A stretch of 64,000 nucleotides of DNA from assembly GCA_965261595.1 (NCBI GenBank), contig CBDHDG010000004.1:192001-256000 (forward strand), in the 5' to 3' direction. The notes under the pieces are model-generated. The model was not told the origin of the DNA. It worked only from the letters and a program-made list of their open reading frames with translations, and did not search any database. Each line of letters starts with the position of its first letter. Positions within the stretch are counted from its first letter, which is position 1. Below are positions 22,223 to 32,628 of the stretch, piece after piece. This DNA comes from a bacterium (GTDB taxonomy: Bacteria; UBA8248; JACPRG01; G963555815). The position numbers and the translations under genes were made by a program.

Positions 22223-22545
22223 GCTGCTTCAGTAGCACGGAGCAAGTCGTCAAATTCCTTTTTCAGTTTTGGTTCCAGAAGCAAAGTAGATGTTTGTTCC
22301 GTGAGGCCGAGCTGCTCGTCGTAAGGGGTCACCACCAGTATTCGCCGCCCGCTCACATCTTCGCCAGCCTCATCGGTGATCTTCCTTACAGTTTTGCGTT
22401 TCGTGAAGATACGATCTTCAGAATCCTTGTCATCGGCGGCGTCTTGGAATGTCTGGGCCAAAGACGATTTCATCACACCGTTGGGTGCATATAGCGCATA
22501 GGCCTGCGTGTTCGAAAAATCGAAATCTCTCTGGAGACCCTTAAT
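22223..22545 (-). pseudogene. second fragment (Walker A region) of disrupted AAA/ABC-type ATPase gene
   Basis: IKGLQRDFDFSNTQAYALYAPNGVMKSSLAQTFQD. Confidence 0.8.
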
Positions 22546-25500
22546 CCCGCATTTCCCATATGGATCATAAGTTTTGTCGGACCGAATGCCGTTTTCTCGT
22601 GTAAGATCAAGGTGTTGGCCTCTCCCTGCCATCATCTTGCGAGGGGACCCAATGGGTGAAGCGAAGAAGGGGGCTTTGAAGATCCGTTTTGACCGTCGGC
22701 TGAGGCTTGAGTTTCACGGAACCAGAATCACTTCGGATGCGGGATTGCTGGCCTGCCGGGAGCTGGATGATGCGCTGGGTTTGACGGTGAGAGCGCCAGT
22801 GCAATTGCAAGAGATCCGTCATGGCCGGAACATCCAGCATGAGTTGGCGCCGCTATTGCGCCAGTCGGTCTATAGCCGCTTGGCAGGGTATGAAGACACC
22901 AACGATGCCGAGCGGTTGGCCCAGGACCCCGCGATGCAAGCCGTGGTCGGCCGCCGAGCGCTTGAGAAGCAGGCGGCGGGCGCCAACACCCTGAGCCGGT
23001 TCGAGACCGAGGTTCTCACCAGGGAGGAGAATCTCAAGGGGCCGGAGCGAGCTGAACCGGGAGTGGGTGGACCGGGCCATGGCACACTCACCCCATCAGC
23101 GAATCATCCTGGACATGGACAGCTCGGAAAGCCCCGTCCATGGGGAGCAGGAAGGTACGGCCTACAACGGCCACTTTCGTTGCACCTGTTATCACCCTCT
23201 TTTTTGCTTTAACCAGTTCGGGGACTGCGAAGGGGCGATGTTGCGCCCCGGCAACGTGCACAGCGCCGATGGCTGGCGCGAGTTGCTTTCGCCCATCGCG
23301 GCCCGGTATGAGCGGGCGGGTGTTCGCCGTTACTTCCGAGCCGATGCCGCCTTTGCGCGCCCGGAGGTTTATGAGTGCCTGGAAGCGCACAGCTTCCATT
23401 ACGCCATCCGCCTTCCCGCCAACGACGTGGTGCAGCGAGAGATCGACTTCCTCCTCACCCGCCCGGTCGGTCGCCCGCCCAAGAGACCCATCATCTTCTA
23501 TTACGACTTCCGGTATCAGGCTGGAAGCTGGGACCGTTCCCGGCGGGTCGTGGCGAAGGTGGAATGGCACTCAGGCGAACTCTTCCCTCGCGTCGGATTC
23601 ATTGTCACGAACCTGACGGCTCGACCCGAGGGGGTCGTGCACTTCTACAACCAGCGAGGCACAGCCGAGCAATGGATCAAGGAAGGCAAGTACGCCCTGA
23701 ACTGGACACGCCTTTCCTGTCACCGGTTCGTGTGCAACCAGGTGCGGCTCCTTCTCTTCGTCCTGGCGTACAACCTGGGCAATTTCCTGCGCAGGCTAGC
23801 CTTGCCCAGGGGGCTCAAGCACTGGTCGCTCCGAAGCCTCCAGGTCAAGCTCATCAAAATGGGCGGGAGGATTGTGCGGCACGCCCGGCAGATCATCTTT
23901 CAATTGGCCGAAGTAGCGGTGTCCAGGGAAGAGTTCGCCATCATCCTGGACCGAATCAACCGATTACGGCCGGTGCCGGTCTAACCTTGTGCAGAGGGTT
24001 CCCGGCAGCATGAGGTTCCCCCGCTCTAGGGTTTTGTTGGACACTCGATTGATCCATGATTCATGGAGAAAGGGGTGTCGCGATGAACGAACAAAAGCAA
24101 GAGGGGGCTTTGGCGGAGGGCGCCCGCAGGGCGAACGGAGCCAAGGCCCCAGGGCATCGCAGTGAGCGGGGTCGGTTCTCCTGCCAGCGCAAGCGGGAGG
24201 CGGTCCTGCGTCTTTTGCGGGGCGAGAGCCTGGAGACGCTCTGCCGCGAGTTGGGCACGACAGCGGCTCGGCTTTCCGCCTGGCGCGAGGCGTTCCTTCG
24301 CGGGGGCGAGGCGGCGCTCAAAGCCCGCCCGGCTCAAGGCCAAGGTGGGCGAACTCACGATGGAGGGCGAGGTCCTGCGGGAGAAGATCGACCGCCTGGA
24401 GGCCGGCCGCCCTTTAGCCGGCAGGAGGTGGAGGCGATGAGTCAGGCCCGCTTCACCTCCACGGGCAGAGCCTACGGCCTGAAGCGGGTGTGCGCCCTTT
24501 GGGGCTTGGCGCGCTCCACGGTCTACGCGCAACGGCGGCGAGAGGCGGTCCCCGTTCATGAACGCCCCACGCCCAATAAGCGCGGCCCTGTGGGCCCGTG
24601 CACCGATGCGGAACTCCTCGGCCACATCCGGCAGGTCCTGGAGGACTCTCCCTTCCATGGCGCGAGGGCTACCGCAAGGTGTGGGCGAGGCTGCGCTTCG
24701 CGGGCATCCGCACCAGCAAGGAGCGGATGCGTCGCCTGATGCGGGAGGCGGGGCTTCAGGCCCCCCACCGGGTGGGCAAACCCCGAGGTCCCAAGGCCCA
24801 CAACGGGACCATCCGCACCGAGCGGCCCGACCGAATGTGGGGCACGGACATGACGACGACGGTGACCACCGAGGAGGGGATGGCCTCGGTGTTCGTGGCG
24901 GTGGATCACTGCTCGGTGGACTGCGTGGGGATCCATGCGGCCAAGAGCGGCAACCGCTTCGAGGCCCTGGAGCCGATCCGGCAGGGGGTCGCCGAGCGCT
25001 TCGCCGGCTTGGAGGCGGACGTCGCCGAGGGGCTTAAAGTTCGTCACGACCACGGCCCCGCCTATCTGTCCGATGACTTTCAGCGGGAGATCGCCTACCT
25101 GGGCATGACCAGTTCGCCCAGCTTCGTGCGGGCGCCCGAGGGAAATGGCTACTGTGAGTGGTTTATCCGCATCTTGAAGGAGAATCTCCTGTGGGTGCGC
25201 TCTTTCGCCACCGTAGAGGAACTGCGGTGGGCGCTGCTTGAGTTCAAGAACCTGTATAACCATCATTGGATTCTCGAGGGCTACGGCTACCGAACGCCGG
25301 CCCAGGCAAGGCAGGAAAAACTCGCTCAAGTTGCGGAGGCCGCATGAGGTCGAATACCCTCACCCGAGTGTCCAATAACCCAGGGGCGGTCCAAGGTGAT
25401 TGGTTAACGGGTTGAACCGCGAATAAAGGGGACCGAAGGGCGAGGGTCCGCCTTTTGGGGCAGTCGATGGCCGTCAGCACCTTGTTGCGGAGGGTTGGAA

Positions 25501-25594
25501 GGCTCTTGACAAACCCATCGGAAGGGGATCAACTGGTTTTCATCGGGAAAGGGGACCGGAAACCACCCAAGCAAGTTGATATGGGAAATTCCGG
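22546..25594 (+). mobile_element. IS1380-family element, copy 2, with nested IS3
   Basis: Same IRs as copy 1; transposase 22652-23984 with the same frameshift; IS3 copy B inserted in the 3' untranslated part. Confidence 0.92.
24017..25393 (+). mobile_element. IS3-family element, copy B (degenerate, 4-bp TSD AGGT)
   Basis: AGGT at 24013-16 and 25394-97; the empty site is visible in IS1380 copy 1; 29-bp deletion in orfA and 2-bp insertion in orfB relative to copy A. Confidence 0.9.
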
Positions 25595-25659
25595 TTAAAA
25601 CAAGCATGAAGGGTATGCCTTTTCTCTAAATGGACTGAAAGACATCAAGGAACGGAGAT

Positions 25660-25951
25660 GTTTGGACCTGGACCGCTATTTGTGCGGATACCAAACTCGT
25701 TCCCTCGTGGATGGCCGGTTATCGGACCCTGAAACACGCAAAAATCTTCTTTGGCGATTTGGTGGCTCGGTTAGCGAACCGTGTTCAACTGACAACCGAT
25801 GGTCACCGCTCCCATCTTCAGGCTGTTGAAGAAACCTTTGGGGCTGATATCGACTACGCTCAGTGGGTCAAGATCTACGGCCCTGAGCCTGAGGGTGAGT
25901 CGCGGTACAGCCCTGGGAAGTGCAACGGAGCGGAGAGACACAAGATTCAGG
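25660..25951 (+). pseudogene. internal fragment of an IS1-like DDE transposase carried as passenger DNA
   Basis: DVWTWTAICADTKLVPSW.G.R...LANRVQLTTDGH...DIDYAQ.VKIYG...RYSP. Confidence 0.7.
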
Positions 25952-25995
25952 TTAATGCCGTAACAGTTTTCGAAATCGATTCTGACGTGATCCAT
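25952..25995 (-). pseudogene. 5' end (first fragment) of disrupted AAA/ABC-type ATPase gene
   Basis: ATG 25995: MDHVRIDFENCYGI joins in frame to KGLQRDF across the TTAAT duplication. Confidence 0.8.
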
Positions 25996-26410
25996 GATAA
26001 ATCCCCTGCCGCTCGCGGGGGTACCCCGCAGAACCTCATGGGCCGTATCATGCCGCAAATTTGTTGTTTAGTCAAGGTGATATACCCCCTATTCACCGGG
26101 TAACCCGGCAATACAGCCGAAATCCCGACAGATGTTGGCTTGAGAGAAGTCTAGGTCAGGGTGATGGGAGAGTCAATGAGATTGGCAATCTTATTTGTGG
26201 CAGTGTCGTCACATTAACCCAAATATATAAGTCCCATATTTTTCCCTCACCGGTTGAACCTACGGGAAGGATCACCGAAGGGCGGGACCCCGCGTCTTGA
26301 GCCATGGCGGCCGGCGAGGCAGCGCCCGTTTGGGGCTTCAAGAAGCCCTTGACAGGGCCATTGGAGGGGAGTCTGATCTTTTAGGGGGCCGGACATCGAC
26401 GGATATTGAA

Positions 26411-28515
26411 ATGGAAAAAACCCGTGAAAAGGCTGAAGGAGTCATTTTAAGTGGTCTTCGCGGTAAAAAAAGGGATGGTCTTGTTTCCAGGCGCTTCAAC
26501 AGGCCCCTGTCCATTCGGCTGTCTCGATATCTGGCTCGATATCCTATTACGCCCAACCAGATATCATTTAGGCGATTGTAAAAGACATGACACCGGATTA
26601 GGCTGGTGTCGTGGACCTGAAGAGCTTTGAAGTCCTTGTAAAATCGGAAGCTACAGCGAGACGCCATCTGCTCATGGCGTGTCAGAAAAACGGGCGTAAA
26701 ATCTGCCCTCGTTGTGAGGGTCGAAAACGCTACGTTTTGGGCACGCGGGGGCGCTTTCGCTGCGCTGGGTGTCGGTACACCTTCGGGCCGTTCACGGGCC
26801 GCTGGCTGGGCCAACTTCGCCTCTCGGCCCGGCAGTGGCTTTGGGTGGTGAAGCTCTTTGAGCTGGAGGTCTCGGCCCGCAAGATGGCCCAGCAACTCGC
26901 CGTGAGCTATCCGACAGCGCTGCGGGCCGTGACGGCGCTCAGGCGCAGTCTTGTGGCCGGCACGCCGGGGGGACAGGAGCTTCTTCGAGGGGAGGTGGAG
27001 GCGGACGAGGCCTACTTCGGGGGCAAGCGCAAGGGCAAGAGAGGCCGAGGCGCAGCGGGTAAAGTCCCTGTTTTCGGCATATTGGAGCGGGGCGGCCGGG
27101 TGAAGGTGGAGGCGGTCGGCAACGTCAAGGCCCAGACCCTTTTGGCCTCCACCGTGAAGTTGGTCCGTCGGGGCAGCGTGGTCTATACCGACCGCTACCG
27201 GGTCTATGACGCCCTGATGTTCTGCGGCTATCGCCACTTGCGGGTGGATCATGATCGGCGCTTCAGTCGGGGCAAAGTGCACATCAACGGCCTGGAAGGC
27301 TTTTGGGCCTACGCCAAGGAGAGGCTCATCAAACATCATGGGGTGTCCAAAGAGCGGTTCCCCCTCTACCTGAAGGAGATGGAATTCCGTTACAATCACC
27401 GACACCAGGATCTCTTTCCCCTGGTGGTCCAACATCTCACTCAATTGGTGTCAAAACCTTTATAATCCCCATCATTTATATCTTTCCTGCTTTGCATCCT
27501 TGCCGCCGTGCTTTTTGCTACGGGGGGGTATGTAACACTTCTGTTGGGAGGGATACTTGCCCAATTCGCATCCATTGTTGACGGTTGCGACGGGGAGATT
27601 GCCCGGCTTAAATTTCAGAAAAGCGCCTATGGGGGTTGGTTTGATGCTGTTTTGGATCGATATGCCGATGCGTTTCTGCTCTTCGGCCTTACCTGGCATG
27701 CTTACACGACAGATACGCAACCTTTAGCGCTTTTTGCCGGATTCATGGCCATCCTTGGTTCATTTATGGTGAGCTACACGGCGGATAAGTATGACGCCCT
27801 CATGGCTAGCAAGATAAAGGGTAAGATTCGCATAGGGAGGGATATCAGGATCTATTTAATATTCTTTGGCGCTTTGCTCAATCAGGCTTTTTGGGTGTTA
27901 GTCTTTATCGCGGCCATTATGAATGCAGAAACCATAAGAAGGATATTGGTCTGTAGACCAATGAATAATCTAAAGCGCTTAAAAGATGAGATAAGAAGCA
28001 TTATATCAAGATCAAAAGTGCCTGAAGATCCTGTGCACGCTCAAAATACGTTGGAATGGCTGTTGAAATTCCAACCGGGTGCGGATGAAACATTGCTGAT
28101 TGCGGCCCTTGGACATGACATTGAGCGTGCGATGGAAGACAAAAAGGTGAGGCATGATCAATATGATGATTTTGATGATTTCAAGGCTGCCCATGCAGAA
28201 AACAGCGCGCGGATTCTAAAGAAGATCATGGAGGGTTTTGAAGTGGAAAAGGATCTTATAGAAGAGGTTTTCCGGATCGTATGTCATCACGAGACCGGAG
28301 GTGATCCCCGTTCCGACCTGATCCGGGATGCGGATGCTCTTTCGTTTTTTGAGGTCAATCTCCCGATGTATCTTGAGCGGGAAGGAGCGGAAAAGGCTTT
28401 AGAGCGGTGTCGATGGGGATATGAACGGTTATCCACGAAATACAAAGGCAAGATTAAAGAATTCAATTATGATAACCAGGAGATTCATCGTCTATTAAGA
28501 ATTCTAATCGTGTGA
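26411..28515 (+). pseudogene. CDP-alcohol phosphatidyltransferase (DIPP synthase-like) in frame with an HD-domain (DUF4202-like) module, interrupted by IS1595
   Basis: DGLVSRRFNRPLS...TPNQISF|ISFLL...DGCDGEIAR...GGWFDAVLDRYAD, then H..NT..W...AALGHDIER...DADALSFF. Confidence 0.78.
26571..27470 (+). mobile_element. IS1595-family element (900 bp, 8-bp TSD ATCATTTA)
   Basis: Transposase 26611-27465 with CPRC/CAGC zinc ribbon, VEADEAYFGG, YTD, HINGLEGFW, YLKEMEFRYN; IRs GGCGATTGTAAAAG / GGGGATTATAAAGG; TSD at 26563-70 and 27471-78. Confidence 0.93.
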
Positions 28516-29044
28516 AACGGTCATGTCAATCTACGAGTATCCGCATCTGAAAAAGACCTCTTAGAGATGAAAGACCTTTGAAGTTATCCTGTCGTTTTAC
28601 AATAATCCCCACATTTTATTGAGATTCGAAGGCCGGATATTTTTAATCTGTAACTTTAAATATATCTTGATAACAAATTGATGTAAAAGAGTTATTACTT
28701 GCATAAGATATTTTCATTTTCATGGATCACTCGAAGTTTTCCACAGGATGTTCAGGCGGACGCGCTTCGGCCTCTCCTTCGCCCCAATCCGAGACCGTTA
28801 AAGAAAACCACGAAGATCCGGGTTGTTTTCGAGAAAATTCTTGAAATGCGGCGCATTCATTGACTCGAAACTTCGGTTTGGTGCATCATTCGGGTGTATT
28901 TCCGAGTATAGGGGGAGTCTCGCGGTCATTGAAATGCCGCGCCCACCCCCCCCATCGGATCCGGGCGGACTGGCGAAGCAACCGGCCCTTGCTCCCCCTT
29001 TCCTCCTTCCCTCTCCCCCCTCTTCCCCATTCCAGAGGATTCGC

Positions 29045-29998
29045 ATGCCTCAATCCTACGAAACCCTTCGCAGATCCATCGAGGCCAAAGACCGGGGCAT
29101 GCGGGAGAAGGTCCACTCGCTGGAGGAGGCCGTTGACCTCATCCCAGAGGGCGCGCATGTGGCCGTCGGGGGGTGCCACTATTCCCGGACCCCCATGGCG
29201 CTTCTCTGGGAGATCATCCGCAAGCGGCGCAAAAACCTCTCCTTCTCCCGAAGCATCACCAGCACGGAAGGGGACCTCCTCCTCGCCGGTGACGTGACCC
29301 GGAACATCATGACCTCCTGGTTCAGCGCGGGCGTCACGTGGGGCGTATCCCGCGTCATGAGAGAATACATCCAGAGCGGAAGGGCGCGCTACGAGGAGTG
29401 GAGCCACCTGAGCATGGGTCTCCGCTACCGAGCCGGCGGCATGGGCGTCCCCTTCCTCCCGTCCCGCTCGATGATGGGAAGCGGCATCGCCGAAAGGCTG
29501 CCCGAGCTGAAAACCATCGAGTGTCCTTACACGGGCGAAACCCTGGCGCTGATCCCCGCCCTGAACCCCGATGTGGCCCTGATACACGTCCACCGGGCCG
29601 ACGCCTACGGCAACGCCCAGATCGACGGCCTGCCTTTCATGGACGCCGACATCGCCCTGGCGGCCGATAAGGTCATCCTTTCAACGGAGCGAATCGTCGA
29701 CAACGACCAGATCCGCCGATCGGCCGACCGGACGTTCATCTCCTTTCTATGCGTCGATGCCGTCGTCGAGGTCCCATTCGGGAGCATGCCCCACGAATGT
29801 TACGGCCTTTACGAGCCCGCGTTCAGCCATATCGACGCGTACTGCAAGCGAATCGCCGCCGATGGCGCGAAGGGAGCGAAGGCCTACCTGAAAACCCACT
29901 GTTACAGCCGGAACACCTGGGAGGACTTTCTGGAGAAAATCGGGACAAAGGCCCTCCTGGCCGCCTCCAAGGCCGGGCGGGAGCTGGATCATGGCTGA
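29045..29998 (+). CDS. family I CoA-transferase subunit A (glutaconate CoA-transferase GctA-like)
   Basis: RYRAGGMGVPFLP, CPYTGE.LALIPALNPDVALIHVHRAD.YGNAQ. Confidence 0.88.
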   Translation: MPQSYETLRRSIEAKDRGMREKVHSLEEAVDLIPEGAHVAVGGCHYSRTPMALLWEIIRKRRKNLSFSRSITSTEGDLLLAGDVTRNIMTSWFSAGVTWGVSRVMREYIQSGRARYEEWSHLSMGLRYRAGGMGVPFLPSRSMMGSGIAERLPELKTIECPYTGETLALIPALNPDVALIHVHRADAYGNAQIDGLPFMDADIALAADKVILSTERIVDNDQIRRSADRTFISFLCVDAVVEVPFGSMPHECYGLYEPAFSHIDAYCKRIAADGAKGAKAYLKTHCYSRNTWEDFLEKIGTKALLAASKAGRELDHG

Positions 29999-30776
29999 TC
30001 AAGACACCCGAACCGGTTACAACGCCTCCGAGCTCATTTGCGTCATGAGCGCCCGGGCGCTCATGGACGGCGACGTGGTCTTCGGCGGGGCGGGCCTGCC
30101 GCTCGTCTCGGCCATCCTGGCGCAGAACACCCACGCCCCCCGGCTGACCATCCTCTTCGAAGGCGGCGTCATCGGCCCCCGGGTGATTCCTGGCAGGCTC
30201 CCCCCCTCCACGAACGAGGCCCGGTGCGCCTGGGGCGCCAGCAAGCTGCTCTCCATCACGGACGTCCTCCTGCTGATGCAGCGGGGCTATGTGGATTACG
30301 GATTCCTGGGCGGCGCGCAAATCGACCGGCACGGCAACCTGAACAGCTCGTTCATCGGCGACCCGGACAGCCCGAAGGTCCGCCTGCCGGGGACCGGCGG
30401 GGCGAACGACATCGCCAGCATGACGAAGGTAATCGTCGCCATGCGTCACGAGAAGCGGAGGTTCGTTGAAGACGTCGATTTTATTACGAGTCCCGGCTAT
30501 CTCAAGGGCGGCCGGTCACGGCAGGACGCCGGGCTTCCTGCCGGGGGGGTGCACTTGGTCATCACCCACTTGGGGCTCCTCGATTTCGACCGGAGACAGG
30601 GACGGATGCGCCTCAAATCCCTTCATCCGGGCGTAGATCCGCAGGAAATGCGCGAAAACACCGGATTCGAGCTCGTGATGCCCAAAAAGGTCCCCAAAAC
30701 GAAGCCGCCGACCGCGAAAGAGCTTTCGAGCCTCCGCGCCCTAGACCCCGACGGGCGGTACACCCGCCGCGATTAA
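29991..30776 (+). CDS. family I CoA-transferase subunit B (GctB-like)
   Basis: LFEGG (catalytic Glu), GFLGGAQIDRHGNLNS, RLPGTGGANDIAS, VDFITSPG. Confidence 0.88.
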   Translation: MADQDTRTGYNASELICVMSARALMDGDVVFGGAGLPLVSAILAQNTHAPRLTILFEGGVIGPRVIPGRLPPSTNEARCAWGASKLLSITDVLLLMQRGYVDYGFLGGAQIDRHGNLNSSFIGDPDSPKVRLPGTGGANDIASMTKVIVAMRHEKRRFVEDVDFITSPGYLKGGRSRQDAGLPAGGVHLVITHLGLLDFDRRQGRMRLKSLHPGVDPQEMRENTGFELVMPKKVPKTKPPTAKELSSLRALDPDGRYTRRD

Positions 30777-31045
30777 CGGAAATTTTCATAACCACCTTGG
30801 TATTTCAGGCGAAACCGGATCCGCCGCCGCGAATTTCTCACCCCGGCCGGGATGACAGCGCCTGGCCGGCCCGCCTCCTTCCGCCGGAACGATGATTTAC
30901 ATTCCGCCTTTCCCTCCCCTCCTTTTGACCCGGGCGCCCTCCGCATTACGCCTTGAATCACCAAGCTCCATTTTTTCAAAAATTCCGGTCTTTTTCTCTA
31001 TAGCCCATAGGGGGATTGACCGATAAGGAATTGTGAGGCCAGAAG

Positions 31046-32434
31046 GAGTTACTGTCAAATCTGGTGTATGGGCGTCCTGAATCAAGCGGCTTCCCTGCCC
31101 ATCTCTCTCTCGTCAATCCCATCGATGAACTTCACGTCGGCGACCACGCCGGCCAGATGACGGAAGCCGCGTAGCCGACGCCAGCGTTTCTGGGCGCTCA
31201 TGGCGAGTTGATGCACGAGGCTCAACGCCGTCTTCTCGCTCAGGCAGTTCCTGGTCTTCACCGTTCGCAGCCGTATGGTCGCGAAGGTCGATTCGATGGG
31301 GTTGGTAGTCCGCAGGTGCTGCCAGTGAGCCGCCGGGAAGTCGTAGAAGGACAGAAGCGTCTCCCGATCCCTGGCCAGGCAGTCGGCGGCCTTGGGGTAT
31401 TTGGCTTCGTAGGTGGCGACGAAGCGCTTGAACGCCTCCTCCGCTCTCGCCCGTGTATCCGCCCGCCAGATCTCATGCAACATCGACTTCGCGCTGCCCT
31501 GAAGGCGTTTGGGAAGCTTGTCGAGCACGTTCGCCGTCTTGTGCACCCAGCAGCGCTGCGCCCGGGTTTCTGGGTACACCTCGGCCAGGGCCGACCAGAA
31601 CCCGAGCCCTCCGTCGCCCACCGCCAGTTTCGCCGCCTTCACCCCGCGGTCGCGCAGGCTCAACAGCACCGCCTTCCAGCTCTCCTTCGATTCCCGGAAC
31701 CCCGCATCCAGGGCCAGGAAGTGCTTGCAACCACGCACGTCGCAACCCACCACCACCAACAGACAACGCCGCTCCTCGCTGCGCACGTTCACGTATATCC
31801 CGTCCGCCCACAGATACACGAACTCCTCGCCTCCCCAGTCACGCTCCCGCCATTGGGCGTACTCGACCTCCCAGCCGCCCTTGAGACGTGCGACACTCGC
31901 CGCAGACAAACCCTTCACCGATTCGCCGAACAACGCTTGCAAGGCTTCCTCGAAGTCATTCGTCGATACCCCCTTCAGGTACAGCCACGGCACAACCGCT
32001 TCCACCCGCCTCGTCTTCTTCAGGTAGGGCGGCAACAACTCCGAGCGGAAACAATGTCCCCCGCCGGACCTGTCCCGCGTCCGGGGAACACGGACACGGA
32101 CCGGGCCGATTCCCGTCAAAACCTCCCGCGAAGGCAGGTAGCCGTTGCGAACGACCGATCGGCGTCCCCGACCGTCGCGCTCGGCCGCATGCTCCTCCAG
32201 GAAGGCCTGCAACTCCGCTTCCACGGCTTGTCGAATGATTTGCCGTGCGCCGTGGCGCACCACTTCGCTGAGTTCGTCCCGAAAGGCTGGATTCGAAAAT
32301 GTAACCGTCGTATCTTTCTCCATGGTGGCGCATCTCCTCTCTCGCTGAATAACCGGGCTCTTCACAACCCCATTTCAGCAGGAATGCGCCGCCTTCTTCA
32401 ATTCACCCCATACACCAGATCTGAGCGTATCTCA
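31046..32434 (-). mobile_element. IS256-family element (8-bp TSD GCCAGAAG)
   Basis: Transposase 31082-32323 (RNGY, LWADG, GDGGLGF, QRCWVHK, TTNPIES); IRs GAGTTACTGTCAAATCTGGTGTATGGG / GAGATACGCTCAGATCTGGTGTATGGG; TSD at 31038-45 and 32435-42. Confidence 0.92.
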
Positions 32435-32472
32435 GCCAGAAGCCTCGCATGGCGTTCCGATCTGATCACCCG

Positions 32473-32595
32473 CGGGCGAGCGCGACGCCGCGCCCGATGA
32501 AGTCAGCAAATGAACCGCTCTCAGACGGTTCAGGAAGGACAACGCATCATGCGTCCGGAAGCGATGACGAAACCGGTTGGCCGCTTGACCGACGC
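32473..32595 (+). ncRNA. candidate structured cis-regulatory leader RNA upstream of antiporter
   Basis: Nested stems GTCA/TGAC, TGAACCG/CGGTTCA, ACGCAT/ATGCGT and CGGTTGG/TTGACCG, with CCGATGA...GAAA core; ends about 20 nt before the RBS. Confidence 0.45.
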
Positions 32596-32628
32596 AGCCC
32601 AGTTGCTTTTGTTCGAGGAGCCGCTCCA

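Noticed and set aside
18721..25594. Classical composite transposon bounded by the two IS1380 copies
   Set aside because: No shared outer TSD; copy 2 has its own TSD showing independent insertion into the ATPase gene.
32494..32595. Canonical hammerhead ribozyme
   Set aside because: Core reads CCGATGA rather than CTGANGA, and no NUH triplet or stem I closure is evident; retained only as a candidate structured leader.
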